NCBI GenBank assembly: GCA_965263295.1
Contig: OZ253665.1
Coordinates: forward strand, 192,001 to 256,000
Direction of reading: 5' to 3'
Source of the DNA: Spirochaetia bacterium
GTDB taxonomy: Bacteria; Spirochaetota; Spirochaetia; SP-2023
Length of the DNA: 64,000 nt
Shown here: piece by piece, positions 28,811 through 37,780 of the stretch
Layout: every line of letters starts with the position of its first letter
Numbering within the stretch: the stretch's first letter is position 1
Program-made: the position numbers and the translations under genes
The notes under the pieces: generated by a model
What the model saw: the letters and a program-made list of their open reading frames with translations, nothing else
Databases searched by the model: none
Told to the model about the DNA's origin: nothing

Positions 28811-29431
28811 TTAACGCGAGTAATATTCAACGATCATTTGTTCGTTGGCAATGCTTGGAATTTCTTCGCGAGTTGCTTCGCGTTTCATCTCGCATACTAA
28901 TTCGTCGGCCTTTAGCTCCAGCCAGGCGGGAACACTAGCGGAATTGTGGGCCATCGCTTCGCGCACGAGTTTGCGCGAGACATCGCTGTCCTTTACCGCA
29001 ACCTTATCCCCTGCGCGCAGAGTCACCGAAGGAATGTTGACGCGGCGGCCGTTTACGTAAATGTGACCATGGCTAACGATCTGACGGGCTTGAGCGCGAG
29101 AGCTGCCCCAGGCGAGGCGATAGATAACGCTGTCAAGGCGGCTCTCCAACAAGATCAGAAAATTGTTACCCGTCAAACCTTGCTTGCGCTTTTTAGCGCG
29201 CTGAAATGTGTTGTAGAATTGCTTTTCGCTCAGACCGTAGCCGTAGCGCAGTTTCTGTTTTTCAATCAACTGGCGGCCATACTCCGAAACTTTCTTGCGC
29301 GAGCGTTCACCGCGACCCATGCCGGGTCCTTGGGGTTTCTTGCGCAAGAGGCGGTCATACTTGCGGTGACCGTAAACATTGGTGCCCAGACGGCGCACAA
29401 TTTTACCACGAGCTTTGGTGTTTTGTGCCAT
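28811..29431 (-). CDS. rpsD: 30S ribosomal protein S4 (stand-alone gene)
   Basis: SEYGRQLIEKQKLR, LESRLD, RAQARQIVSHGH, VNIPS, IVEYYSR; AGGAG RBS. Confidence 0.98.
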   Translation of the reverse strand: MAQNTKARGKIVRRLGTNVYGHRKYDRLLRKKPQGPGMGRGERSRKKVSEYGRQLIEKQKLRYGYGLSEKQFYNTFQRAKKRKQGLTGNNFLILLESRLDSVIYRLAWGSSRAQARQIVSHGHIYVNGRRVNIPSVTLRAGDKVAVKDSDVSRKLVREAMAHNSASVPAWLELKADELVCEMKREATREEIPSIANEQMIVEYYSR

Positions 29432-29556
29432 AGGATTGCATTCTCCTAGCAAATGTATTCCCGGCCCTTCTGAACTCCCACGAATTGCAAGGCAATTCGT
29501 GCATTCATACTGTTCAGGTCTATGGACCGACTGTGGGCAGCCGAAGGGACGAGTGG
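29430..29556 (-). ncRNA. Structured 5'UTR of rpsD, candidate S4 autoregulatory leader
   Basis: Four contiguous helices form a perfect 4-way junction, plus a 10-bp hairpin and an SD-occluding hairpin, between promoter and start codon. Confidence 0.65.
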
Positions 29557-29562
29557 GGCCAA

Positions 29563-29591
29563 AATATAATTAAGTTCTTGTTTTTCGTCAA
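29563..29591 (-). promoter_or_regulatory. sigma70 promoter of rpsD
   Basis: TTGACG-N17-TATATT on the minus strand. Confidence 0.75.
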
Positions 29592-29631
29592 GATACTGAA
29601 CCTTCACCCCCACTGCCGTCAATACGCCTGC

Positions 29632-30063
29632 TCAATGGACTTTCAGATTATTGGGGCCAAAGCTTTCGGGCAGTAGCTGGCCCAGGTTGAAGCGGGCCCT
29701 GACTTTTTCTGGATTCGCTACCAGGACGTCCAGGCCCTCCGGGCCGGAAATTGTGGCAAATTCGCGCAGCTTTTGACGGCAACCGCCGCACGGAGTGCAT
29801 AGGACTTCTCCCGCACCAACCAGCATTACGGCCTGAGCTTGGAGCTCTCCGCCCATTACCATGGCGGCCAGGGCCGCCGCTTCGGCACAGATCCCTTCGG
29901 GGTAGGCGGCATTTTCTATGTTGCAGCCAGAGTAGATTCGCCCGTTGCTTCCAAGTATTGCCGCGCCGACAGAAAATTGGGAATACGGAGCATAGGCCTT
30001 TTCAAATGCAGCTTTCGCCGCGCGGTGGAGTTTTGCAATTTCTTGTTCGCTTAGTTCTGCCAC
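29632..30063 (-). CDS. cdd: Cytidine deaminase
   Basis: AYAPYSQFSVGAA, GCNIENAAY, CAE, PCGGCRQ, LLPESF. Confidence 0.96.
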   Translation of the reverse strand: MAELSEQEIAKLHRAAKAAFEKAYAPYSQFSVGAAILGSNGRIYSGCNIENAAYPEGICAEAAALAAMVMGGELQAQAVMLVGAGEVLCTPCGGCRQKLREFATISGPEGLDVLVANPEKVRARFNLGQLLPESFGPNNLKVH

Positions 30064-30079
30064 GGTTTTACTCCTCGGT

Positions 30080-32035
30080 TCAAATTACCACATTTACAGC
30101 CGCTTCAACGTGGCCAAAGGGTGCGCTAACTTGCACGCCTTGAATTGGCGCGCCTTGCCGTTTTAGTTTCTGCCAGGTCTCGCGGGCGATGGCCACGCCT
30201 TCGAGCAGCCCTTCTTCTTTGCCTTTGTGTCGCGCCATGCGTGCCATGATGTGCCGCGGAATTTCCACACCTGGGACCTCGTTGGCAAGGAATTCAGCGT
30301 TCTTGTAGCTGGCCAGTGGCCAGATGCCGACAATGACGGGTATGGGGGACAGCCCGGCTTTGGCCAGTTCGCGCTCGCAGTTGTCGAGGCAACGCAACAG
30401 GACGTCGGTCGCAAAGACTGTTTGGGTGATGGCGAAGTCGGCGCCGCCAGCTACTTTGCGCACATAGCGTTCGACTTCAATTTTCAGGTTCAGTGCGCAT
30501 GGGTTTAGGGCCACGCCAACGACATAAGAAATGGACTTTTTCAGGGAGCTGGAGCCTATATCCCGACCGTGCTTTAGTTTTTGTAGGGCCTGAGTCAAGC
30601 CGATGGAATCGATATCGAAGACGCCGCTGCTATTGGGATAGTCCCCAAGTTTTGGCGGGTCGCCGGTAACGGCGAGCAGGTTGCGCAAGCCGGAAGTATA
30701 GCTGCCCAGTAAGTCGGCCTGAATGCTGATTAAATTGCGGTCGCGGCAGGTATAGTGCAAAATAGTTTCAATGCCGACTTTCTGTTCAATTTCAATGGCA
30801 CTCAGCAGTGGCGATATCCGCGCACTGGCACGCGGCCCGTCGGGAATGTTTATCGCGTCAATGCCGGCATCGTTGCACTGCCGCGCGTTGCGCAGCAGGC
30901 GGCCATAGGAGGGAGTCCGTGGTGGCAGCAGTTCGATAGAGCTGACGAGTTCGCCGGCAGCTAGTTTCGCACCCCAACGCGAACGCTCTGCCAAGGGAAT
31001 CGGTTCTAGCATTTCTTCTCGGTTCAGCTGGCAGCTGGGCTGAATCTCAATATGTCGGCGGTCTAGCGAGCGCAGCAGCCGGGCGCAATCGGCGACGTGT
31101 TTCGGGCCAGTGCCACAGCAGCCGCCATAGGCGGCAACTCCGATCTGGCGGAAGCGCTTGCCATACAAAGTAAAATATTCTGGTGTAGTTAGATATATTG
31201 CACGTCCTCCGCTTTCCTGTGGGTAGCCGGCGTTGGGGCGCAGAATTAGAGGTTTGGGACAGTGCCCAATCTGCCGTTCGACAAAGTGAAAAAGCTGGGC
31301 GGGACCGAGCCCGCAATTAAGCATCAAGGCACTGACGTCTTCGCATCTGCTGTATTGTCGCACAAAATCGGCAAAGGCATAACCGCAAGCGCTGATGCCC
31401 TGCTCGCCGATGGTCAAACCGAGAACCAGGGCCGGTTTGACGCCCGTAAGTTGGCTGTAAGCCCGGTATAGTGCCTTGAGTTCCTGGCCGTGGCTAAAGG
31501 TTTCGGCCAGGATCAGGTCGGCTGTTTGCTCGCCGCAGCACAAAGCTTGCAGTTGCTCGGTGAAGGCGGCCTCGACCTGGGCGGCCTGTTCGTCCTGCCA
31601 GATTTGGCTGGGCGTCAGGCAGGGGCCGACAGAAGCCGCCACTAGGTGGCGGCGCTCAGCATCCGTGGCAAACTCATCAGGGTATGCCGCACGCAGTTCG
31701 CTGAAAAGCAGGGCCAAACCCTCTCGGTTAATTTTCAGGACATCGTTTTCCAGGCCGAAACTGGCTAGGCGAAAGCGGTTGGCACTGAAGGTATTGGCGG
31801 TCAGCACGTCGGCTCCGGCGGCTATGTAGCCACGATGGACGCGGCGCACTAATTCGGGATTGCTGAGGTTCTGTCCTTCAAAGCTGTGGTTCAGCATGAC
31901 ACCTTCGGCATATAATTGGGTGCCGATGGCGCCGTCGAACAACAGGAATCCTTGCTGCAGCAAGGATTCCAAAAGGTGGCGCTTTCTGCCGATTTCTTTT
32001 CCTGAGTTTACTTTTTCGTCCAAAACTTTTTCCAA
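30080..32035 (-). CDS. Bifunctional homocysteine S-methyltransferase / methylenetetrahydrofolate reductase (YitJ-like)
   Basis: DGAIGT, LNCGLGP, PNAGYP, GGCCGTGP, then ELLPP, IPDGPRA, HYTCRDRN, TGDPPKLGDYP. Confidence 0.93.
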   Translation of the reverse strand: MEKVLDEKVNSGKEIGRKRHLLESLLQQGFLLFDGAIGTQLYAEGVMLNHSFEGQNLSNPELVRRVHRGYIAAGADVLTANTFSANRFRLASFGLENDVLKINREGLALLFSELRAAYPDEFATDAERRHLVAASVGPCLTPSQIWQDEQAAQVEAAFTEQLQALCCGEQTADLILAETFSHGQELKALYRAYSQLTGVKPALVLGLTIGEQGISACGYAFADFVRQYSRCEDVSALMLNCGLGPAQLFHFVERQIGHCPKPLILRPNAGYPQESGGRAIYLTTPEYFTLYGKRFRQIGVAAYGGCCGTGPKHVADCARLLRSLDRRHIEIQPSCQLNREEMLEPIPLAERSRWGAKLAAGELVSSIELLPPRTPSYGRLLRNARQCNDAGIDAINIPDGPRASARISPLLSAIEIEQKVGIETILHYTCRDRNLISIQADLLGSYTSGLRNLLAVTGDPPKLGDYPNSSGVFDIDSIGLTQALQKLKHGRDIGSSSLKKSISYVVGVALNPCALNLKIEVERYVRKVAGGADFAITQTVFATDVLLRCLDNCERELAKAGLSPIPVIVGIWPLASYKNAEFLANEVPGVEIPRHIMARMARHKGKEEGLLEGVAIARETWQKLKRQGAPIQGVQVSAPFGHVEAAVNVVI

Positions 32036-32132
32036 CGGGCCGCAGTTTATTTGAGAGAAAATTGTACTTTAATTTCCGCGTTTGGTGAATATGGACGCAA
32101 AAACCCGAATCCGAAGCCTGGGTTGGCCGGCT

Positions 32133-32753
32133 TCAAAATCGGTAGCGGCTTTCCAGGGCGCGGGCCACACTCAGGCGGTCGGCATACTCAATATCTCCGC
32201 CGACGGGCAAGCCGGAAGCGATTCGACTGACCGCAATGGCTTCGCCGTCAACCTGGACATTGGCCAATAGTTGCCGGATGTAAATTGCGGTGGCATCGCC
32301 TTCGAGAGTGGGGTTGGTAGCCAGAATAATTTCGCGGAAGCCCTGTTGCTGGATTCGCCGCAGCAGGCGTGGGAGACCTAGCTGCTCTGGTCCGACGCCG
32401 TCAATCGGAGAAAGCGTGCCGTGTAGCACCTGGTAATAGCCGGTAAAAGTTTGCGCAGCTTCGATAATGTAGAGATCTTGAATATTTTCGACGATGCAAA
32501 GCTTTTCCGGGTCGCGTTGGCTGTCGGTGCAAATATTACAAAGCTTTTCCGTATCTGGGCTAGTCACTTGCACATAGTTGCCGCAGTTTGGGCAGTGCTG
32601 GATTTGGCGGTGTAAGTCCTGCAAGCTTTTGCCCAACTGTCTGGCCAGAGCCGGCTCGGAGTTGAGGATATGAAAGACGATGCGGGCCGCACTCTTGCGG
32701 CCGATGCCGGGCAAGCTGGAAAATTGGCGGATCAACGGGTCAAGCGGATTCAC
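32133..32753 (-). CDS. recR: Recombination mediator RecR
   Basis: LPGIGRKSAAR, C4 Zn finger, ATNPTLEGDATA, GLPVGGDIEYAD. Confidence 0.98.
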   Translation of the reverse strand: MNPLDPLIRQFSSLPGIGRKSAARIVFHILNSEPALARQLGKSLQDLHRQIQHCPNCGNYVQVTSPDTEKLCNICTDSQRDPEKLCIVENIQDLYIIEAAQTFTGYYQVLHGTLSPIDGVGPEQLGLPRLLRRIQQQGFREIILATNPTLEGDATAIYIRQLLANVQVDGEAIAVSRIASGLPVGGDIEYADRLSVARALESRYRF

Positions 32754-32825
32754 AGTCTTCGTCGTGCATTGGGGGGTGGCGATTGCCTGCCCAAGTTAAA
32801 AGGGGCCACATTGGGGAAAAGGAGC

Positions 32826-33122
32826 CTACTGATTGCCAAACATGCCCATCAGCGGATTGAACTGGGACTGGATCTTTTGCTTGATCTTGTTCTGGGCATC
32901 CGTGATTGCCGCGGCCACGAGTTGTTCCAACATCTCAACGTCGCGTGGGTCCACGGCGACGGGGTCTATCTTCACGCCCTTGATCTCCATGGCGCCGTTA
33001 AACGTCACCTTGACGAGTTCGCCGCCAGCGGCGCCGGTGGCACTAAGGGTTTGCAATTGGTTCTGTAATTCGTTGATATTACTTTTTAAGTTGGCCTGCT
33101 GCATTAGCTCCAAAGGATTCAT
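32826..33122 (-). CDS. ybaB: YbaB/EbfC nucleoid-associated protein
   Basis: GAAGGELVKVT, IDP..D.EMLEQLVAAA; dnaX-ybaB-recR synteny. Confidence 0.95.
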   Translation of the reverse strand: MNPLELMQQANLKSNINELQNQLQTLSATGAAGGELVKVTFNGAMEIKGVKIDPVAVDPRDVEMLEQLVAAAITDAQNKIKQKIQSQFNPLMGMFGNQ

Positions 33123-33196
33123 AAGTTACTCCTGCTTGTCCTAGGTTTTAAAAGGATTTAAAATAAGGTTTAAAGATTTTGCGCGAATAATCGTTT

Positions 33197-34000
33197 TTAT
33201 TCTGTCTTTCTATCATCGGCGCTGTAATGGACTTCTTTGACTTGGGCCAACAAGACTTTTTGCAGTTTTTGGATGTCGGCTGGCAGCTGAGAATAATCCT
33301 CAAGTTGCTGTTCGCGAATTATGCGCTGTGCCATGGCCGGATGATTTTGCTTGCCTCGTGCTTGCATTTGACCGGTTTGATTGAGCGCAAGCATTTGAGT
33401 CTCTCGCTCGCCGGGGGTCGCCCGTGTCTGTCCCGCGGGGGCGGGGGGACTTGCCTCCGTCTCTGGGCGCCGATTGGGGGCAAAGGTGTTGGCGTTTGAT
33501 TGGCCTTGTGGCTGCGGGCCTGGGGCTTTGTTTTGTCGCTCTGGCCCAAGAATGGACGCCTGGTTTGAGAAACTGAGTTTGATAATCGTGGCCAGTTCGG
33601 TTCCGATCAAGACTCTTTGGAAAAATCGTAGCAGCAGGCTATTGCTATTTTTGAGTTGTTCTTGCACCTGCGGGCTCCGCACTGTAATGCTGAGGTTTTG
33701 ATTTTCGCTTTGCCAAGTCCAGCAGGCTTCCGTCAGAAACTTGGCCAACTGGGGTTGCTTGTTTTGCAAGGGCGTTATTACGGCCAGACGTAGTGCCTCG
33801 TCAACGTTAGAATTGGACGCCAAAGAAGAGGCGTGCCGAGCGGACTGCGGTTTTGGGGAATCTGTAGTAGAGACGGAGACAGCTTTTTCGGGCTCTGATC
33901 TGGAATTAAGGCGGGCTGTCAGAACCGGGGGGGATTGAAGAGTAAGCTGTGATTGTGCTGTTAATGAATTAGTTTCAGAGGCAGTCAGGCACTCAGAGTT
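33197..34000 (-). CDS. dnaX: C-terminal (tau-specific) segment of DnaX, in the -1 frame relative to the dnaX body
   Basis: Frame is open from upstream of the A10 run to the stop at 33197; S/T/P-rich linker then a compact domain; lies between dnaX and ybaB. Confidence 0.7.
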   Translation of the reverse strand, partial: NSECLTASETNSLTAQSQLTLQSPPVLTARLNSRSEPEKAVSVSTTDSPKPQSARHASSLASNSNVDEALRLAVITPLQNKQPQLAKFLTEACWTWQSENQNLSITVRSPQVQEQLKNSNSLLLRFFQRVLIGTELATIIKLSFSNQASILGPERQNKAPGPQPQGQSNANTFAPNRRPETEASPPAPAGQTRATPGERETQMLALNQTGQMQARGKQNHPAMAQRIIREQQLEDYSQLPADIQKLQKVLLAQVKEVHYSADDRKTE

Positions 34001-35211
34001 TTTTTTTTGATGGCGGCCACCTGGCTGCCATAAGAGGTATTGTAGTCCGGCAGCCCCTGCTGTAGTTGTGATGTCAATTCCTCTAAGCGTTGCAATTGGC
34101 GCGAACTTGAACTGTGGTAACTGAGCTGAGACAACTCAAAGAGCAACAGCTCAAACTCAAAACTTTCGTTGATGGAATAACGAAGGTTGCGGTAGAGAAT
34201 AAAGCAGCGTTCAAGTATATGGCATAGCTGTTCACGGTTCCAGCTCTGCAACGCTTTGTCGCTGTAATGACTGGCTGGGTAGGGCAGGAGCAGTAGCAAT
34301 TGCTGTTCGCTCAAATCACTTTGCAGGAGTAAGAGGGCGCGCAGGTAATCGCAGAGGTCGACTAAGAGCTGCTCTAACGAAGTGCCGCTGTGTATGATAT
34401 CCCCGTAAACTTGTAGGGCGGCCTGCAGGTTTAAGTCAATCAAATAGTCGCAGAGCTGGCCTAAGTTGTCGATGGCCGTCAGGCCCATTTTTTGCTGGAT
34501 CAATTCCAGACTCAGGGGCTCGCCGGAGCAAAAAGAAATAACTTGGTCGAAAAGGGTGTAGGCGTCGCGCATGGAGCCTTTAGCCTCACGGGCCACCCAC
34601 CTCAATGCTTCGTCGCGATATTCCAAGCCGATTTCGAGACATGTAGCGACCAGGTTCTGCTGAATCAGCTCCAGCGGTATTAGGTGAAAATTGTAGTGCT
34701 GGCAGCGGCTACGCACTGTCAGTGGCACTTTGTGGATTTCCGTGGTAGCAAAAATAAAAACGATATATTCGGGAGGCTCTTCAATGGTCTTCAGTAAAGC
34801 GTTGAAGGCACTGTTGGAGAGCATGTGTACTTCATCAATGATGAAGATTTTGTAACGGCTACTGCTGGGTGCATACAAGACCTCATCTTTAATCTCGCGG
34901 ATGTCGTCGACTCCAGTGTGGGAGGCTCCGTCAATTTCAATGACGTCCATGGCTTTGCCGCTGAGTATCTCCTTGCAGTTCGTGCACTGCCCGCACGGCG
35001 TGCTGGTCACGCCCGTCTCACAGTTTAGAGCACGGGCCAAGATACGCGCGGTGGAAGTTTTCCCTACCCCGCGTGGCCCCGAAAATAAATATGCATGGGC
35101 GATTCGGCCCCCGTTGATGGCGTTGTGCAAAGTTTGTTGAACAAAAGTCTGCCCACAAAGCTGCTCTAGATTCTGTGGCCGGCGACGGGTCGCGGTTACT
35201 TGGTATTCCAT
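33985..35211 (-). CDS. dnaX: DNA polymerase III gamma/tau subunit (zero-frame product 408 aa, gamma-like)
   Basis: GPRGVGKT, EIDGAS, IIDEVHML, FNALLKTIEEPP, SRCQ, GSMRDA. Confidence 0.97.
   Translation of the reverse strand: MEYQVTATRRRPQNLEQLCGQTFVQQTLHNAINGGRIAHAYLFSGPRGVGKTSTARILARALNCETGVTSTPCGQCTNCKEILSGKAMDVIEIDGASHTGVDDIREIKDEVLYAPSSSRYKIFIIDEVHMLSNSAFNALLKTIEEPPEYIVFIFATTEIHKVPLTVRSRCQHYNFHLIPLELIQQNLVATCLEIGLEYRDEALRWVAREAKGSMRDAYTLFDQVISFCSGEPLSLELIQQKMGLTAIDNLGQLCDYLIDLNLQAALQVYGDIIHSGTSLEQLLVDLCDYLRALLLLQSDLSEQQLLLLLPYPASHYSDKALQSWNREQLCHILERCFILYRNLRYSINESFEFELLLFELSQLSYHSSSSRQLQRLEELTSQLQQGLPDYNTSYGSQVAAIKKKTLSA
33999..34008 (-). other. A10 slippery run at the dnaX frame junction
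   Basis: ATC AAA AAA AAA ACT CTG AGT GCC TGA. Confidence 0.75.
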
Positions 35212-35379
35212 GGATTGTAGAAGATTCTAGCAGAAAGCTGCCCCCGAGGGAATAGACAAGAGAGGCTAGTGCTTGCCCAATGCTGTCCAGATCGTTTGAT
35301 GATTTTTTTACTTTTTTGCCATTCAGAATCTGGGCAAATTACAAGGCTCCAGACGGTTTGGCAATTTGGCAGTATATAC

Positions 35380-35409
35380 TTGACTAGATTCTCACAATTT
35401 ATATAGTAT
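35380..35409 (+). promoter_or_regulatory. sigma70 promoter of the rimP-nusA-infB operon
   Basis: TTGACT followed by TATAGT (16 bp spacer) or TAGTAT (18 bp spacer). Confidence 0.6.
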
Positions 35410-35438
35410 ATACAGAAATTTTCTGGTATATGTCTTTC

Positions 35439-35466
35439 AGAAGAGTCCCAAGCGGCTCTTTTTTTT
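35439..35466 (+). terminator. rimP leader terminator/attenuator hairpin
   Basis: agaagagtc-ccaagc-ggctcttttttttt between promoter and rimP. Confidence 0.65.
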
Positions 35467-35574
35467 GTATCATCAGGAACTGCCTGCTGTGGTGGCTAAG
35501 CAGAGTTTTTATTTTACTGTTTTACAGCTTTGTAAATGATTATTTGGCGTTTTCTATAGGAGAAACGGTACCCG

Positions 35575-36063
35575 ATGAGGCTAAAAGAGACGACGACTAC
35601 GGAAGTACAAGAACGGCTTCTCACGCGTTTAGAGCTGTTGTTCGGCAAGGATGCCTATCAAATCGTAGAGTTGAATTATGCCATGCTGAAACATCGAGCG
35701 CAGTTTAGGGTTGTATTGTTTCATCCCGCTGGAGTCAGTTTGGATACTTGTGCGGAATTACATCGGGTTATCAGTGTAGAAATTGATCGTTTGCAGGCTT
35801 CAGGATTAAAAATATCGGATAATAATGATTATAGTTTAGAGTTGTCGTCGCCGGGTCTAGGGCGCCAGTTGCGCAGCCGCCGCGAATTTCAGGTGTTTCG
35901 TGGCCAAGTCGTGCGCTGTATGTCAGCGGATTGCTGGTATAGCGGTGTGCTGCTGGGCCTGAGTGGAACGGCCGCGGCCGACTTGGAGTTGAGCATGGAG
36001 GTAGATGCCGAAGTTCTGCGTTTGCCGTTGGAGCAGGTACAGAAAGTAGAATTGGACTCGTGA
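35575..36063 (+). CDS. rimP: Ribosome maturation factor RimP
   Basis: GVSLDTCAELHR, YSLELSSPGLGRQLR; upstream of nusA. Confidence 0.92.
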   Translation: MRLKETTTTEVQERLLTRLELLFGKDAYQIVELNYAMLKHRAQFRVVLFHPAGVSLDTCAELHRVISVEIDRLQASGLKISDNNDYSLELSSPGLGRQLRSRREFQVFRGQVVRCMSADCWYSGVLLGLSGTAAADLELSMEVDAEVLRLPLEQVQKVELDS

Positions 36064-36248
36064 GTGTTTAATGTTACAGAAATTGAGCTTTGTTAAGTTA
36101 TTGGCTTGAGGTCCCTGCATATGTTGACAAGTGCAAAATGATTGCGTGCAAAAATATGTTCAAAATGTTATTTTAATGGATTTTAGAGTTTGTCGCCGTT
36201 TGTATTTTGCGCTCGGCGCATTGGGAAATGAATAAATGAGGAGCTAGT

Positions 36249-37673
36249 ATGAATGACTTTTTAGAAAATGTTCGCTTGATTCAGCAAGAAAAAAATATTT
36301 CAGAAGAACTCGTGCTGAGAAATATTGAGAATTCTTTGAAAGCCGCATACAAAAAGCGCTTTGGCACTGAAGAAAATGCCGTGGTGCAGTTCCATGACGA
36401 TTACGCGGGCGTGTCGCTCTATGCCCAAAAACGCATTGTCGCCGATGAAGAACTTGAGGACCCTGTGCTGGAGGTGGCTCTTTCTGAAGCTCAGGAACAC
36501 AATGGTGAGGCGGAGATCGGCGATGAGTTGTTGTTTGAGATGGATTTAAAAAATGACTTTGGCCGCGGTGCCGTTTATAACGCCAAACAGCGCAGTCGTC
36601 AAGGTTTGCGCGAAATACAGAAAGATACATTGTATTCTGAGTTTAAGGACAAGTTGGGCGAGTTGATCATTGGTTATAACCAGCGAGAACGCAATGGCAA
36701 TGTCCATATCAGTTTGGGGAAGACCGAAGGTGTATTGCCTAAACGTTTACAGTCTCCGCGCGAGATATATCGTCCGGGTGACCGCATTAAGGTTCTGATT
36801 GAGGATGTGCGCCGCCACAGCCAAGGGCTGCAAATCATCTTGTCGCGTAGCAGCCCTGAATTAGTACGCAAATTGTTTGAAATTGAAGTCTCCGAAATTT
36901 ATGATGGTACGGTAGATATTTACAAAGTCGTGCGCGAAGCGGGGTTCCGCGCCAAAATGGCCGTGTACTCTTATCGCGACGATGTTGACCCCGTGGGGGC
37001 TTGTGTCGGCGTTAAAGGGGCCCGCATTCAGAATGTGATTCGCGAACTGGAGGGCGAGAAAATAGATATTTTGCGCTACGACAGTAATCCGGTGATGTTT
37101 ATTAAAAACGCTCTGGCGCCAGCTCAAGTTGAACAAGTTCACATTGTAAGTAATCGCCGGAAGGCGGTACTGGCTGTCGTGCCTGATGAGCAGCTGTCTC
37201 TGGCCATCGGCAAGCAAGGTGTCAACATTCGCTTGGCTAGTCGCTTGGTGGGATGGAGTATCGACGTAAAAACTCAAGAACAGTTTGCTGAAATGGATAT
37301 AGAGCCAGAGAATGACGATTACCCAGTTGAATTGTTCAATGATTTTGAGCCGGTCCAGAGTCTGGCCGAGCTTGAAGATATGAACGAAGAAATTCTGAGT
37401 GTGCTGGAGGCTAAAGGTGTCACTGGCATTGAGCATTTGCAGGGCCTGTCTTTGAGTGATGTCGAAGTCATGTTGCATGAAGAGACGCCCGAAATTGTGG
37501 AGGCTGTCCAGGGAATCATCGATATTAATGCGGACGCTATTGATGCCTATGTGGCCGCGCCAGAAACTGAGCAGATTGTACTCTATCAGTGCCCAGAATG
37601 TGGCCACGAAATTGACGTGAGCATGACGGAGTGTCCCAATTGTCACGTCGGACTAAGTTTTGAGGAAGAGTGA
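36249..37673 (+). CDS. nusA: Transcription factor NusA with a C-terminal Zn ribbon
   Basis: ILSRS, REAGFRAK, DPVGACVG, LAIGKQG.N.RLA; C-terminal CPEC..CPNC. Confidence 0.98.
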   Translation: MNDFLENVRLIQQEKNISEELVLRNIENSLKAAYKKRFGTEENAVVQFHDDYAGVSLYAQKRIVADEELEDPVLEVALSEAQEHNGEAEIGDELLFEMDLKNDFGRGAVYNAKQRSRQGLREIQKDTLYSEFKDKLGELIIGYNQRERNGNVHISLGKTEGVLPKRLQSPREIYRPGDRIKVLIEDVRRHSQGLQIILSRSSPELVRKLFEIEVSEIYDGTVDIYKVVREAGFRAKMAVYSYRDDVDPVGACVGVKGARIQNVIRELEGEKIDILRYDSNPVMFIKNALAPAQVEQVHIVSNRRKAVLAVVPDEQLSLAIGKQGVNIRLASRLVGWSIDVKTQEQFAEMDIEPENDDYPVELFNDFEPVQSLAELEDMNEEILSVLEAKGVTGIEHLQGLSLSDVEVMLHEETPEIVEAVQGIIDINADAIDAYVAAPETEQIVLYQCPECGHEIDVSMTECPNCHVGLSFEEE

Positions 37674-37780
37674 AAAAGTAAACAGGTAGCCTGTCAAAAT
37701 TGCTATGCCTAAACAGTTGGCAATTGGAGCCGGATAAGAACAGAGAAAACGAAAAGCGAAGGACAAATCGGAAGGTAAAC

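Noticed and set aside
32036..32132. SAM riboswitch upstream of the methionine-synthesis gene
   Set aside because: No SAM-I core (ATC.AGAG..GCAACC) in the short gap.
35212..35370. SRP RNA upstream of dnaX
   Set aside because: No SRP domain IV motif (CAGG..GNRA..AGCAG) recognised on either strand.
36124..36152. Internal sigma70 promoter before nusA
   Set aside because: TTGACA is present but there is no acceptable -10 at 16-18 bp.
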